A DNA stretch of 64,000 bases from Octopus vulgaris (Eukaryota): NCBI GenBank assembly GCA_951406725.2, contig OX597816.1, positions 141,112,001 through 141,176,000 of the forward strand, written 5' to 3'. The translations under genes and the position numbers were made by a program. This document shows, piece after piece, positions 52,701 to 62,367 of this stretch. The first letter of the stretch is position 1; the number at the start of each line of letters is the position of its first letter. The notes under the pieces were generated by a model, which ran no database searches, had not been told where the DNA came from, and worked only from the letters and a program-made list of their open reading frames with translations.

Positions 52701-55448
52701 AATAAATGGTTAAACATTACACTTACATAATAAAGTTAAAATACTCACATCTATATAATCTTTCAGCAATTCCCTGGGGTCCTCAGGTATTTCTTCCAAG
52801 ATTTTCCATAACTGTTGAACAACAGTCAATGCTGACCTAAAATAAGCAATTAGAAAATTATATTTTCCCCTCTTTACTCATTCAAAGCACATAACTTTTT
52901 TGCAAGTTGGTATCACTGATAAGAAGCATTATGGCAAAAATCAAAGGTTCTAAATGACCACTTAAACTATAAGAAATAACAGCTAAATTTCACTCAAGTC
53001 ACACCAATCTTAAAAAAAGAAGGATGGATAATGCAACCCTATATATACTTTGTCTCAAAAGAAAAATCATAGTTGAAATGTCTTTGATCACAGATCTGCT
53101 TCATCAGAGATGACCTGGAGTTAACAATATTATTTACTCATTTACTCACAACTGGCCTTATTTGATGTGTGAGTCTTGCTAATAGGAAAACTTACACCTG
53201 ATAACAATATACACAATACATTTCTTAGTTTTAACATTTTTATATGAACTCCTTAAATATCTAAAACCCTTAGTATTAACCCTGATAAAATATTAAGAAG
53301 CCAACTGGGATTCTTCTCAGCAGTTGCTCATCTAACTAGAAATAGCAGCCAAATCTCTTTCAAACCATACTCTACCATTTTCAGAAATGGAAATACATAT
53401 GAAATAACATAGTCCTATATATATGTTATATCTGAGATGGTTATGGCTGGAATGCCTTTGATCATAGGTCTGCCCAACTAGGACTGACCTAGGGGCTAAA
53501 CAACAACAAAAAGTACAATAAAGAGCTAAGATGTTACCAATAATCTAACACCAAATCTTGTACTGGTTTCACATTTGTTTCACAGATACAATGAGCAATA
53601 ATAATAACAATCCTTTCTACTAGAGGCACAAGGCCTCAGATTTTGGGGGTAGGGAACTGGTCAATTACATCAACCCCAGTGTTTCACTGGTACTTAATTT
53701 ACTGACCCCGAAAGGACGAAAGGCTAAGTCAACCTTGGCAGAATTTTAACTCAGAATACAGCAACAGATGAAATACTGCTAAGCATTTCATCCAGTGTGC
53801 TAACGATTCTGCCAGCTCACTGCAATAATAATGATAATAATAGTAGTGGTGGTGGTGGTGTTAGTGACAGCAGCAGCAGCAGCAGTAGTAGTAGTGTGGC
53901 TCTCATGCCTTTTGATCTTAACTGATTGGAAGTGTTATCTTGTACATATTTGTTCTTGGTATAAAAGACGAGCCACTGCAAATATTCTGCTTAATACCAG
54001 ACTTGCCAGTCAGTTGCTTGACCTTAACCAGTTGAGCATGTCCCTTGGTGGCTGATGATATGTGCGTTTCTGATCACAAGCAGCAGTAGTGGAGGAGCAT
54101 CATAGCCATGTGTTGAGAGGAATTCTTAGAGGTTTGAATAATTCACCTCTGGAAATATAGATGTTTCATTCATCATCCTTAAACAAACCTTATTCAGCAA
54201 CCTTTTGAGTGGGATGGGCTTCTTGACCCAAAGAAAATTCTAACTGGGCCCCACCTGCAAGGTCATATGCTGCTTATCTTGATATGAGAACATCATCTCA
54301 TGCACATATGGATGTGATGTATGTGTCTGGTGTACCCCTATCATACAGGTAGTCATGATGGACATACTGGGCTTTGTATATTTGTACCCTAGTGTTACCT
54401 TGATGGCATGCATTGATCTCTCAGTCAATAATAATAATAGGTACAAGGCCTAAATTTTTGGGGAGTGGGCTAGTTGATTGCATTAACAACACTTACCGAA
54501 CTGGTGTGAGTGGAGCAACTACTGAATCCTCAGGTCTGCAAAAGAATTTTAAAAACATCAATGATATTTACAAATTATATTATGAATAACTAGAAAAGTT
54601 ACAGTATTAATTTAATGAAAATACAAAGATGTCTCAAAGTTTTACCTTAGTAATGAAGTTAGATAGAAAACAATATTTTTACATACATTTGTTGATATTT
54701 TTCTCTATGCATTGTTAGAAGGAATATATATATATATATTTACAGATGTTGTGAGATACATGTATATACCAGTGAAACAAGTATACAACAGTGAATATAT
54801 GTGGGAATATTTGAAACTACTAAAAAAGGAATGAGCTAACTGATTCAATTTATGTATATACTGTGTTTGAAATAGTGCAAATAGATACAAGAAAATTACT
54901 TAAAATTGGGTATTGTATGCAGGAATATTAAATATATGATGAGAATGGATAATAACTGCATATATGTTAGCATCACTGTCATAAACCAGTTCAAAGAAGG
55001 CTTTTATTCAAACTTTATTCTGCTCACCGTTTAATCCATTAATCACAGCTGTCCAACAATTGACACATTGTTTTATATTAGGTGAAGACAGTATCCATTT
55101 ATCAATGTCATTCAACACTATGCCGTATTTTCATACTCAATACAAAATAAGATATCTGTATTTTTATCTATTATTTACTATTGTAGAAAGGAATTAATGA
55201 TAGGATATTATAATTACTCTCTCTTTTACTCTTTTACTTGTTTCAGTCATTTTGACTGCGGCCATGCTGGAGCACCGCCTTTAATCGAGCAACTCGATCC
55301 CGGGACTTATTCTTTTGTAAGCCCAGTACTTATTCTATCGGTCTCTTTTGCCGAACCGCTAAGTGACAGGGACGTAAACACCAGCATCGGTTGTCAAGCA
55401 ATGCTAGGGGGACAAACACAGGCACACAAACACATACACACACACACA

Positions 55449-55487
<39 letters not shown>

Positions 55488-58400
55488 ACAGGCTTCTTCC
55501 AGTTTCCGTCTACCAAATCCACTCACAAGGCTTTGGTCGGCCCGAGGCTATAGCAGAAGACACTTGCCCAAGATGCCACGCAGTGGGACTGAACCCGGAA
55601 CCATGTGGTTGGTAAACAAGCTACTTACCACACAGCCACTCCTGCGCCTATTCATAACAATCACAAAAAAATGCTTAGTAAATGACTTGTTTGAGCTTAG
55701 ACGACATGGGATGAAGTACTGAAGAATAATCTCAAGACATTGAATCTTTCAGGCAACATGACAAAGGACCAAGATGCCTGGTACCTTGCTGTACAGAAGT
55801 GTTAAGACCAGAACTTTGGTTGGTGTAAAGCATGTAAAAGCAAGTGTGCAGTGCCCTGTAAGAGTGCCCATGCCAATGCCATGTAAAAGTACCCATGCAG
55901 TGCCACGTAAAAGTACCCAGCACACTGTAAAGTAGTTGGCATTAGGAAAGTGCAGCTCCTCAGCTTGCCAGCCCAGGTCAAACCATCCAATCCATGCCAG
56001 CATGGACAACAGACATCAAATGATGATAATGATGATGATGATGAACTGAATATATGTCTAGAGGTGTGCTTTGGTGACTGGAGTGGTAACAGTTGTGTCC
56101 GTAATGTATGTTTATTATTCATATATCATCAAACATCACATCTCATTCTAAACCTGCACTGCATCCATGGGTTGATATTTCAAAAACATTCTCCAGTGGC
56201 AACATGAGTATCTTATCTCTTTCAATAACACAAAGAGACAATCATTGCACACATCAATGAAACAATCCTTTATCTCATATTTTATAATGCTGAACGGAAT
56301 GTTTGTGTAAAATTACAACCAATATAAGGAGGTATGTCAGGTGAGTTCAAAATACAGTTTTCTAATGTTTTTGCGCTGATGATATTGTAACCATCTAATT
56401 GTTAGGCAAACACTCACTCACCAACACAGTACAATCTCTGGCAGGCCTACAGATATGCTGTCCCTTCCCTTTGCCTATAATTGCAATAGCATTGACAACA
56501 CCTACAATTACAATAACATTATAGTAACCACAAAAGCTCCAAAAAGTAAAAAATGTGAGATAACAGCTAAATCCTTACTGCATCTTATGATTTAGGATGC
56601 GATGTCCTTAACTGCTATCACATAGATAAGAAGGTTTCACTAAAACTAACATACAAAAATACATTTAGTTCTGTGGGCTATCACAAAAGCTGTTCCACTG
56701 AATACTCCAGAACAATAATAACTCATGTAAGAGACATACCGAGGTGATGGCTTTCTGTTTTTGATGGGAGTTGAAGTAACGACAATGGGATCATTGACTA
56801 AGAAGAGAAGCTCATTTATATCTCCACTAGCCTGGTAAGACTTCAGATAAATTTTCTCCGTCTCATCAACCTATAACAATGGTTAAATAAAATAAAATAT
56901 ATTAAAAACATTATTATTAGTTAGGAAACAAAAAGGGCTATGGGTGGGCAGAAGTTTGGGAGAATGTAAGGAAAATAGGAATGGGTCATGAAAGAGGAGA
57001 GAATAGGTGATAATACATAAAAAAGGGGTGGCAGAGGATCTTTCAAACATTCATTCATATATTAATATACACGTGACGTAAGGTGGCGAGCCGGTAGAAA
57101 TATTAGCATGTCGGGCGAAAAGCTTAGCAGTATTTCGTCTGTCTTTATGTTCTTGAATTCAAATTCTGCCAAGGTAAACTTTGCCTTTCATCCACTCAGG
57201 GTTTATAAATTAAGTACCAGTTGCATACTGGGGTCAATCTAAATGACTGGCCCCCTCCGCAAAAATATGTGATGTATTAAGTAACTACATATTAATGAAA
57301 TATAACTACTTACATCTAAATTGCCGTTGGTATATAATACAATTGAATTGACAAACTCTGCGACTGCGTTCTGGACAGGCTGAAGCTGTAAGAGAACATG
57401 AAAAATTTATAATTTATCAATTAAGTATTTATAGTGGTACATAAAATGATTAAAATTTATCAGCAAAATAACATCAACAATTGCTCTGTTCAATGTGAAA
57501 GGTTTCAAATTAAATGTAATGGAAAGATTAAGGTTGCAGTGACATTTTAGACACACTGGAAACTTGACTTTCTTGAAAAAAAAAAAAAAAAAGAGAGCAA
57601 AGCAGGAACAGCCTGTTGTCCTTATTATTACTAAAGAAAACATTAAGGCAGCAAACTGGCAGAATTGTTACCACACCTGCCATCTGTACTTTCTGAGTTT
57701 AAATGCCAGAGGTCAACTTTGCCTTTCAGGGTCGATAAATTAAGTAGCAGTGAAATCAATTAGTCCCCTCCCTACAAAATTTCAAGCTTTGTACCTTTAA
57801 TGGAATCATTAGCATGTCAGATAAAATAAGCTTTGTGTGTGGACTTAGAAGGAAACTGAAAGAAACTTGTTGTGTGTATGTATGTGTGTGTATAAATACA
57901 TATATACATATATGTGGATGAAGTATTACTGTCTCTGTCTTATCATCACATGATAGTTGTAAGCTTGTATGTTGTCTGGTCATGGGAAATATTACCTTAC
58001 TAGGTAGCAGGTGAAGGTTGGTGACAGGAAAGGCATTTGGCTAGAGAAAATCCACCTTAACAAATTCTGTCCAATCCATGTGAGCATGGAAAACAATTGG
58101 ACATTAAAATGACGTTGATGATATGTGTGTGAATGTTCTGATCAGCAAGTATTTATACTAATTTGCAAGAGCTTCAATTTGCATGTCGTTCACTTCAGTT
58201 TCTTTTTCCTCCAAAGGATTATGTATTTAGTCAACATTGTCTTTTAACATTCCAAGTTTGGTAAATAAATACCAATAATAACCTGCACCAATTCTGTCAT
58301 CTATATATCTCTGATATGTGAAGGCGCATAGCTCAGTGGCTAGAGCATCAGGCTCACAATCATTAGGTAGCTGGTTTGATTCTCAGATTGGGCTGTGGGT

Positions 58401-59463
58401 TGTGTTCTTGAGTAAGACACTTTATTTCATTTTGCTCCAGTTCAATTAGCTGTAGAAATGAGATGTGACGTCACTGGTGCCAAGCTGTATCTGCCTTTCC
58501 CTTGGATAACATCGGTGGCATGGAGAGAGGAGGTTGGTATGCATGGGCGACTGCTGGTCTTCCATAAACAACTTTGCCTGCACTTATGCCTCAGATGGTA
58601 ACTTTCTAAGTGCAACCCCATGGTCATTCATGACCAAAGGGGCTTTTTACCCTTTATACCTCTAATGTTTCTGGACATGCCAATAGAAGAATTGTAAGTG
58701 TTTTTAGTTATATTTTCCCATGCTTTCATGAGAGGAATTGTTTGCTTTTACTTGATGCCCTTCCTAATACTACTTGACTATGACAGAGAGAGTGGAATAT
58801 GGTTTTTGCTCATTCAGAAATTATTTTGTAAGACAATCTGGATAAGTTTTTCTTCTTGCTCAGGTTGTTTTCACCAATTTTGTTTTCCAGTAACAGTTCA
58901 AATCAGTCACACATCTATGACAGTTGCCTCTGCAGGTTTTTTACCCTGAGAGTAAAAAAATTTCAGACACTAAAAAATAAACTAGCATGTGCGGTAAGAG
59001 GATTGCTTCCCAACTATATGGTTTTGAGTTCACTCCCACAGCATGGCACCTAGGACAATTATCTTCTACAGTAGACCCCAAGCCAACCAAAGCCTTGTGA
59101 GTGGATATGGTGGACAGAAATAGAAAGAAGCCCAGCACGTGTGAATGAGTGTGTGTGTGTTAGTCCCCCACCACCAACTGACAACCAGTATTGGTTTGTT
59201 TACATCTCTGTAACTTAGTAATTTCGCAAAAGTAACTCATAGAATATGTACTAGGCTTAAAAAATATGTTTGATTCGTTTGATGAAACCTTTCAAGATGG
59301 TTCCCCAGTAAGGCCACAGTCTGATGACTGAAATAAATAAAAGATTCAAGACAAAAGATAAACAAAGAACTATTTACCTCCTTATAGCTTGTACGGAAGT
59401 CTTCAGCTAACTGTGAGAGCATTTCTGTAGAGTTGGGGTCAGTGCTAGATTTCTGAAGTTCAT
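15986..59463 (-). CDS. RB1: Retinoblastoma-associated protein (RB1 orthologue), 21 coding exons in window, 5' part outside window
   Basis: Manually spliced GT-AG exons total 2135 nt with consistent phases and no internal stop. Peptides align to recalled human RB1: APLTPVR (PPHTPVR), FAFPWVLKVF..VLESVLK (LSFPWILNVL..VIESFIK), LLRNRHLDQIMVCCLYGICRV ([21 protein letters not shown]), DSIVGFYNNVY (DSIIVFYNSVF), KRLQFD (KKLRFD). Confidence 0.95.
17255..17364 (-). CDS. RB1: RB1 exon, C-terminal extension: SAEKKEQSSPMPRYMSSALKKTQRFLQFDDIQPASE
   Basis: AAG and GTGAGT; 110 nt, phase 0 to 2; second RxLxF motif. Confidence 0.82.
18149..18233 (-). CDS. RB1: RB1 exon, C-terminal extension: SETNTWKDPSFKPPTPVSSRVSTTPAKE
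   Basis: Pyrimidine tract plus TAG; GTATGT donor; 85 nt, phase 2 to 0; TP sites. Confidence 0.82.
20223..20464. repeat. Fold-back element: 115-bp inverted arms, 12-nt loop, TA termini
   Basis: 20223-20337 is the reverse complement of 20350-20464 with 3 mismatches. Confidence 0.95.
21334..21741 (+). repeat. Composite minisatellite (8 x 33 bp + 6 x 24 bp) inside a SINE
   Basis: Units AAACACTTGTGGTNNNACCATGTAAAAGTGCCC and RTGCAGTGCCACATAAAAGTGCCC. Confidence 0.95.
22466..22608 (-). CDS. RB1: RB1 exon, C-terminal: SAEKLRNINDTIAQSRAQKRLQFDNLDNDSTRNTAKRPRDGMDASTN
   Basis: CAG and GTAGGA; 143 nt, phase 0 to 2; matches TSEKFQKINQMV...KKLRFD. Confidence 0.93.
22869..23107 (+). repeat. Perfect 96-bp direct duplication (22869-22964 and 23012-23107)
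   Basis: Identical ATATCTTTGAAGG...CATGGTGTAA blocks. Confidence 0.9.
23772..24173. mobile_element. TA-flanked MITE with about 110-bp TIRs
   Basis: TA-CACTGGCGAAAATAAATTTAAGACC...GGTCTTAAATTTATTTTTGCCAGTG-TA. Confidence 0.85.
24693..24807 (-). CDS. RB1: RB1 exon, C-terminal: VAGKKNFHVSYAKSPLFKTQGQLTPRTDQLYCFVEGVG
   Basis: CAG and GTAAGC; 115 nt, phase 2 to 0; matches NIYISPLKSP...MTPRSRILVSIGESFG. Confidence 0.93.
25021..25365 (+). mobile_element. tRNA-derived SINE (second family)
   Basis: tRNA-like head GCTCAGCGGTTAGA...GAGTTTGATT, then CTTGAGCAAG core. Copies at about 50813-51215, 58319-58655 and 61940-62240; related heads at 45467-45790 (+) and 51680-51900 (-). Confidence 0.75.
26440..28845 (-). 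mobile_element. Degenerate Penelope-like retroelement (Naiad-type; RT plus C-terminal GIY-YIG endonuclease)
   Basis: N-term IP..Y.K.LLEK..MRWK; AFITSKDHKPNF..KCRLINPAKS; QFDIVDFYPSIS; FDIAMGAYDSANVC; YRDDAL; VDFLNVTLDL..Y.P..KPN; CSC..C..C..VIY; FK..NH.SSF; IRWKII; C..ER..LN..CIH. Many stops and frameshifts. Confidence 0.88.
29171..30932 (+). mobile_element. 5'-truncated R4/Dong-type non-LTR retrotransposon (RT C-term, CCHC, restriction-like endonuclease, 3' UTR)
   Basis: 433-aa ORF with HLIYMDDL, CRVC..ETIDHVVSKC, RHD, NRPDII; frameshift near 30475 to the 86-aa C-terminal ORF (KLSKYKDL..PVVISALG); flanked by (TAA)n on both sides. Confidence 0.92.
30933..31040. repeat. (ATT)13(AAT)~23 head-to-head trinucleotide palindrome
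   Basis: Direct reading; symmetry centre ATTAAT at 30969-30974. Confidence 0.92.
31150..31205 (-). CDS. RB1: RB1 exon, C-terminal: TPPLSSTPKSCVTSSPVFS
   Basis: CAG and GTAAAT; 56 nt, phase 0 to 2; matches PPTLSPIP...SSP. Confidence 0.9.
31440..31840 (+). mobile_element. RTE-clade LINE fragment (BovB-like linker region)
   Basis: Broken frame YSTIKAIYDP..SG..T.IKDK..R..EYFN.LL..PSTV..EVKTAIK. Confidence 0.6.
32220..36200 (+). mobile_element. Highly degenerate near-full-length RTE-type LINE, interrupted by an LTR element
   Basis: Remnants QFRFVPG (near 33968), VDLEKVFNR (near 34075), YADDLV (near 34300) and a Cys-rich segment (near 34460-34570); resumes after 36027. Confidence 0.7.
34944..36027 (+). 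mobile_element. Small LTR-gag-LTR element (about 1.08 kb)
   Basis: Two diverged ~250-bp direct repeats (34944-35198, about 35780-36027); TGTTGT...ACAACA outer ends; flanks AAGAA/AAGAG; internal Gypsy-type gag remnant (YWKR..KLEVL..RH..KQKENKSIGEF..LQAL.KKC..DALVAGL.S..QKLLE). Confidence 0.85.
37999..38183. mobile_element. Tc1/mariner-type MITE
   Basis: TAGGGTGTCCATAAA...TTTATGGACACCCTA with subterminal inverted similarity. Confidence 0.8.
38577..38696 (-). CDS. RB1: RB1 exon, end of pocket B: IFKVILIQDGRTDSIVGFYNNVYLPTMKTYILQFEPNKQT
   Basis: CAG and GTGAGT; 120 nt; FYN motif of the LxCxE cleft. Confidence 0.96.
39835..40070. mobile_element. MITE-like element with about 48-bp TIRs
   Basis: TGGGTTCTCATTCCTAAGGTA..TACATTATTTACATTTGAC / GTCAAATGTAAATAATGTA..TACCTTAGGAATGAGAACCCA. 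Confidence 0.7.
40194..40298 (-). CDS. RB1: RB1 exon, pocket B: IMVCCLYGICRVVHQEIKFKTIVNVSKEISLAQQE
   Basis: AAG and GTAAGT; 105 nt; matches human exon 21. Confidence 0.96.
41869..41946 (-). CDS. RB1: RB1 exon, pocket B: TQKVWTCLVHCIIHNRELLRNRHLDQ
   Basis: Long pyrimidine tract plus CAG; GTATGT donor; 78 nt; RHLDQ signature. Confidence 0.96.
42587..43334 (+). mobile_element. Non-autonomous Helitron nested in a SINE
   Basis: A|TCTATATATATATAAAA...CCGCAACGCCGG..CTAG|T with no TSD; splits a minus-strand SINE (42303-42586 and about 43370-43470). Confidence 0.8.
44021..44433 (+). mobile_element. Young tRNA-derived CORE-type SINE, full length
   Basis: AGGCGCAGGAGTGGCTGTGTGGTAAG head, box B-like GGTTCAGTCCC, TTGGGCAA core, central (TA/TG)n and AAGAGTAA tail. 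Confidence 0.88.
44451..44515 (-). CDS. RB1: RB1 exon, pocket B: VCHLAFKRLSRLCESLEVSPEL
   Basis: CAG and GTTTGT; 65 nt, phase 1 to 0; matches VYRLAYLRLNTLCERL. Confidence 0.92.
44795..44970 (-). CDS. RB1: RB1 exon, spacer to pocket B: MTPTKNNPNN...PSSPNSSNTQRSRAIKQFFTK
   Basis: CAG and GTATTC; 176 nt, phase 2 to 1; S/T-P sites; ends at the SLFYKK-equivalent. Confidence 0.88.
46576..46658 (-). CDS. RB1: RB1 exon, spacer: GRSVFEISNEDLENLLEAKNGENATNLM
   Basis: CAG and GTAAGT; 83 nt, phase 0 to 2. Confidence 0.88.
46813..46863 (-). CDS. RB1: RB1 exon, end of pocket A: HIQKIEQDILDCYAWKE
   Basis: CAG and GTAAGT; 51 nt; matches HLERCEHRIMESLAW. Confidence 0.93.
48586..48731 (-). CDS. RB1: RB1 exon, pocket A: NNVESQNIQPDFAFPWVLKVFDLEAFCLFLVLESVLKLENKLPGEICR
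   Basis: TAG and GTAAGT; 146 nt, phase 1 to 0; FPW motif. Confidence 0.93.
49530..49941 (+). mobile_element. Young tRNA-derived CORE-type SINE, full length
   Basis: Near-identical to 44021-44433; an older copy lies just upstream at about 49044-49430. Confidence 0.88.
50158..50272 (-). CDS. RB1: RB1 exon, pocket A: EQRRVGRASLVTMFRSDDLHKALMACSAEVILMTYNVS
   Basis: CAG and GTAGGT; 115 nt, phase 0 to 1; covers human exons 15+16 (FHMSLLACALEVVMATY). Confidence 0.9.
52006..52185 (-). CDS. RB1: RB1 exon, pocket A: SSNASMVTSISDRIEKYRKIFEKSF...FASERFQIIVKLYLHIFNSLLIS
   Basis: CAG and GTAAGT; 180 nt, phase 0-0; covers human exons 13+14. Confidence 0.9.
52749..52836 (-). CDS. RB1: RB1 exon, start of pocket A: SALTVVQQLWKILEEIPEDPRELLKDYID
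   Basis: TAG and GTGAGT; 88 nt, phase 2 to 0; resembles human exon 12 (TVMNTIQQLMMIL). Confidence 0.92.
54497..54535 (-). CDS. RB1: RB1 mini-exon: PEDSVVAPLTPVR (T373-equivalent CDK site)
   Basis: CAG and GTAAGT; 39 nt, phase 2-2. Confidence 0.9.
54977..55214 (-). mobile_element. Solo LTR of the same family as 34944-36027
   Basis: Reverse-complement similarity (GGCTTTTATTCAAACTTT, CATTCAACACT, TTTACTATTGTAGAAAGGAATTAA). Confidence 0.75.
55216..55649 (-). mobile_element. Young tRNA-derived CORE-type SINE, full length, inserted into a solo LTR end
   Basis: Reverse complement of the 44021/49530 family. Older copies at about 39227-39705 (-), 58985-59340 (+) and 59590-59760 (+). Confidence 0.88.
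56740..56870 (-). CDS. RB1: RB1 exon: VDETEKIYLKSYQASGDINELLFLVNDPIVVTSTPIKNRKPSPR
   Basis: TAG and GTATGT; 131 nt, phase 0 to 2; resembles human exon 10 (YEEIYLKNKDLDARLFL). Confidence 0.9.
57080..57265 (+). mobile_element. tRNA-derived SINE (third family)
   Basis: AAGGTGGCGAGC..GCTTAGC..TTCAAATTC..CTTTGCCTTTCATCC..AAGTACCAG..CTGGGGTC; copies at about 46938-47125 (-), 53610-53823 (-) and 57645-57800 (+). Confidence 0.7.
57314..57385 (-). CDS. RB1: RB1 exon: LQPVQNAVAEFVNSIVLYTNGNLD
   Basis: CAG and GTAAGT; 72 nt, phase 0-0; resembles human exon 9 (FMNSLGLVTSNGLPE). Confidence 0.85.
59378..59463 (-). CDS. RB1: RB1 exon (first seen in window): ELQKSSTDPNSTEMLSQLAEDFRTSYKE
   Basis: AG acceptor and GTAAAT donor; 86 nt, phase 1 to 0; open and in frame with the next exon; weak homology on its own. 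Confidence 0.7.
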
Positions 59464-60035
59464 CTAAACAACAAAAATAATTCTCAATGAGTATTTTCAT
59501 TACATGAATTCATATTTTTACATTTTTCCACCACCACCCTCCAACACACAATTTATGACAAGACTACATACTAATGGCAAAAAGAAATGGACAGAGGAGT
59601 GGCTGTGTGGTAAGAAGTTTGCTTCCCAACCACTTAGTTCTGGTTTCAGTCCCACTGCACGGCAACTTGGGCAAATGTCCTCTACTATAGACTCAGGCCA
59701 ACTACCAAAGCCTTGTGAGTGGATTTGGCAGATGGAAACTGAAAGAAACTCATCATATACATATATATATTATATATATACAGGGGGCACATAAAAAGCA
59801 CCATCCAAATGTGGCTGATGCCAGTACTCCCTGACTGGCTCCCGTACCGGTGGCACATAAAAAGCACTATCCAAATATGATCGATGCCAGGCCCACCTGA
59901 CTGGCTCCCGTGCCAGTGGTACGTAAAAGCACTCACTACACTCTCAGAGTGGTTGGCATTAGGAAGGGCATCCATCTGTAGAAACAATGCCAGATCAGAT
60001 TGGAGCCTGGTGTGACCGCTGGCTCTCCCGACCTC

Positions 60036-61700
60036 CAGGGTGTAAGAGGTTAGTTGGGATAAATTTTAAATGGGCATATTTCTAATTGGATAGATTTTGT
60101 TGGAGTTTGAATTTTAAATATTACCAGTTTGAATAATAACTTGTACTATTTTTTATTTCTGACTGAACAAATTCAACATCATCATCGTTTAATGTCTTTT
60201 CCATGCTGGCATGGGTTGGACGGTTCGACTGGGGTCTGGGAAGCCAGGAGGCTGCACCAGGCTCCAATCTAATCTGGTTTCTACAACTGGATGCCCTTCC
60301 TAATGCAAACCACTCCAAGAGTGTAGTGGGTGCTTTTTACGTGCCACTAGCACAGGGGCCAGAGGGGGCTGGCATTGACCATGTTTGGATGGTGCTTTTA
60401 CGTTCCACTGGCACTGGAGCCAGAGGAGGCTGGCATCAACCACATTTAGATGGTGCTTTTTACATTCCACCGGCACAGGAGTCAGTCGAGGTGATGGGGC
60501 TGGCATCAACCACATTTGGATGGTACTTTTTACATGCCAGAAGTGTAATTGCTAAATTATTCCGTGCCAACAAAAGCACTGGGGAGATTGTTAGAGCCAC
60601 AAAGTATGCCAAATCTGTTTTTAGAGTTGTAGCCAATTTGAAGAAAAGTCAGGATGTTCAGAGAAAGCCTCACAGTCCTTGTAGTAACTGAAAATGCACA
60701 CCTCGGTACTTAACAGGACTTAAAAGACCAATTGAGTCAAACCCGTCAAAATCAATGGCTATGTTGGCTCAAGATTGGGGAATCAGTAAAATGACCATTT
60801 CTAGGGCTGTGAAACAAGACCTCCATATGAAATTGTATGTGAGGAGACACTATAACGTTTTAACTATCCACTCCAAAGCCATTTGAGCAGAAAGAAGTTC
60901 CAAACTTTTTAGTCATCTGAAACATCGTGGCAGAGACATCCACATCTTCATGGATGAAAAGAAGTTCATAGTAGATAAAGTTGCAAACCATCAGAACTCA
61001 CAAGTAATAGCATATGACCCTTCCCAAGTTCCTTCAGCTATGCATAGCAAGAATCCGGCTTTCATAATGGTCTTTGGAGCTGTTGCAAGTGATGGGAAAT
61101 TGATGCCTCCTCATTTTATTGAAGTGAGTCTTAAAATCATCACAGCAGAGTATCTCAAAATCTTAGAAGTGTTGTTGCCTTGGATTAGGAAGCATTATGA
61201 TGGAAGTCAGGGCATGTTTGTACAAGACTCTGCACCAACCCATTCAAGAATTTTTGAAAGAGGAATTGCCTATCTTTGTCTCTAAAGATAACTGGCCCTC
61301 TAGCTCACCAGATTTTTGAAGAAAGAATTGCCATCTTTGTCCCTAAAGATATCTAGCCCACTAGCTCACCAGATTTGAATCCATGTGATTTTTGGCTAGT
61401 GGGTGCAGTTGAAGCAATATCCAACACAACATCTTGCAACTGAGTGTCTTCACTGAAGGCTTCAATTAAGCGAGCATTCAGTAAAATGAAAAAAGAAGAG
61501 ATAGTTAAGGCATGCGGATTAAATCATAAATGCATAGAACTGGTGAAGAAAGCAAATGACAGTTATATTGAACGGAAATAAGTGCTAAACACTCCACAAT
61601 AAATTGGCATAAACATAAAATTTGCAGTGTTTGATTTTCTCAAGTTATACCAATTACAATAAAAATATTTAAATGGTCTCATGTTTGTGTTTATCCCTCA
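60036..61700 (+). mobile_element. Degenerate Tc1/mariner (maT/DD37D-like) transposon with a SINE inserted at 60177-60540
   Basis: Transposase remnants ISKMTISRAVKQDL, FMDEKKF, MVFGAVASDG, FVQDSAPTH, SSPDLNPCDFW; ~63-bp internal tandem duplication at about 61251-61376; ends approximate. Confidence 0.82.
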
Positions 61701-62367
61701 CCAATTGGTATTGGTGTATTTACATCCCCATAACTTATGAGGTTCAGCAAAAGAAATGACAGAATAAATACCACACTTAAAAAAAAAATAAGTACTGGGG
61801 ATGATTCAAATAAAAATTCTTCAAGGTGGCATCCCAGCATGGCCACAGTCTAATGACTAAAATAAGTAAAAGATATAAAAAATATTAGTTCATTTTGGTA
61901 AAACAAAAATGTAACTTCAATGAAGAAAGTGTTATACAGTGGTGACTGGCTCAGTGGTTAGTGTCGGATTTACAATCATGAGATTGTGAGTTCAATTCCT
62001 GAAATGGGCTGTGTGTAGTGTTTTTGAGCAACACACTTTATTTCACATTGCTCCAGTTAACTTAGCTGTAGAAATAAGTTTTGACTTTGCCTTTCCCTTG
62101 GACAACATCAGTGGCATGGAGAAGGGAGACTAGTATTCATGGGTAACTGCTGGCCTTCCATAAACAACCTTGTGCCTCAGAGGCGAACTTTTTAGGTGCA
62201 ATCCCATGGTCATTCGTGACCAAAGAGAGTCTTTACATTTATCTTTTTAGTAGTAATAGTAGTTGTGTTGTTTCTCCCAAGACTTGTAAGCCCACAAATA
62301 AAAGTATTCCAGCAATACTGTGTAAATGTGTAGAGTGTTATAACATGTACATAGTGCAGCTAGTATA

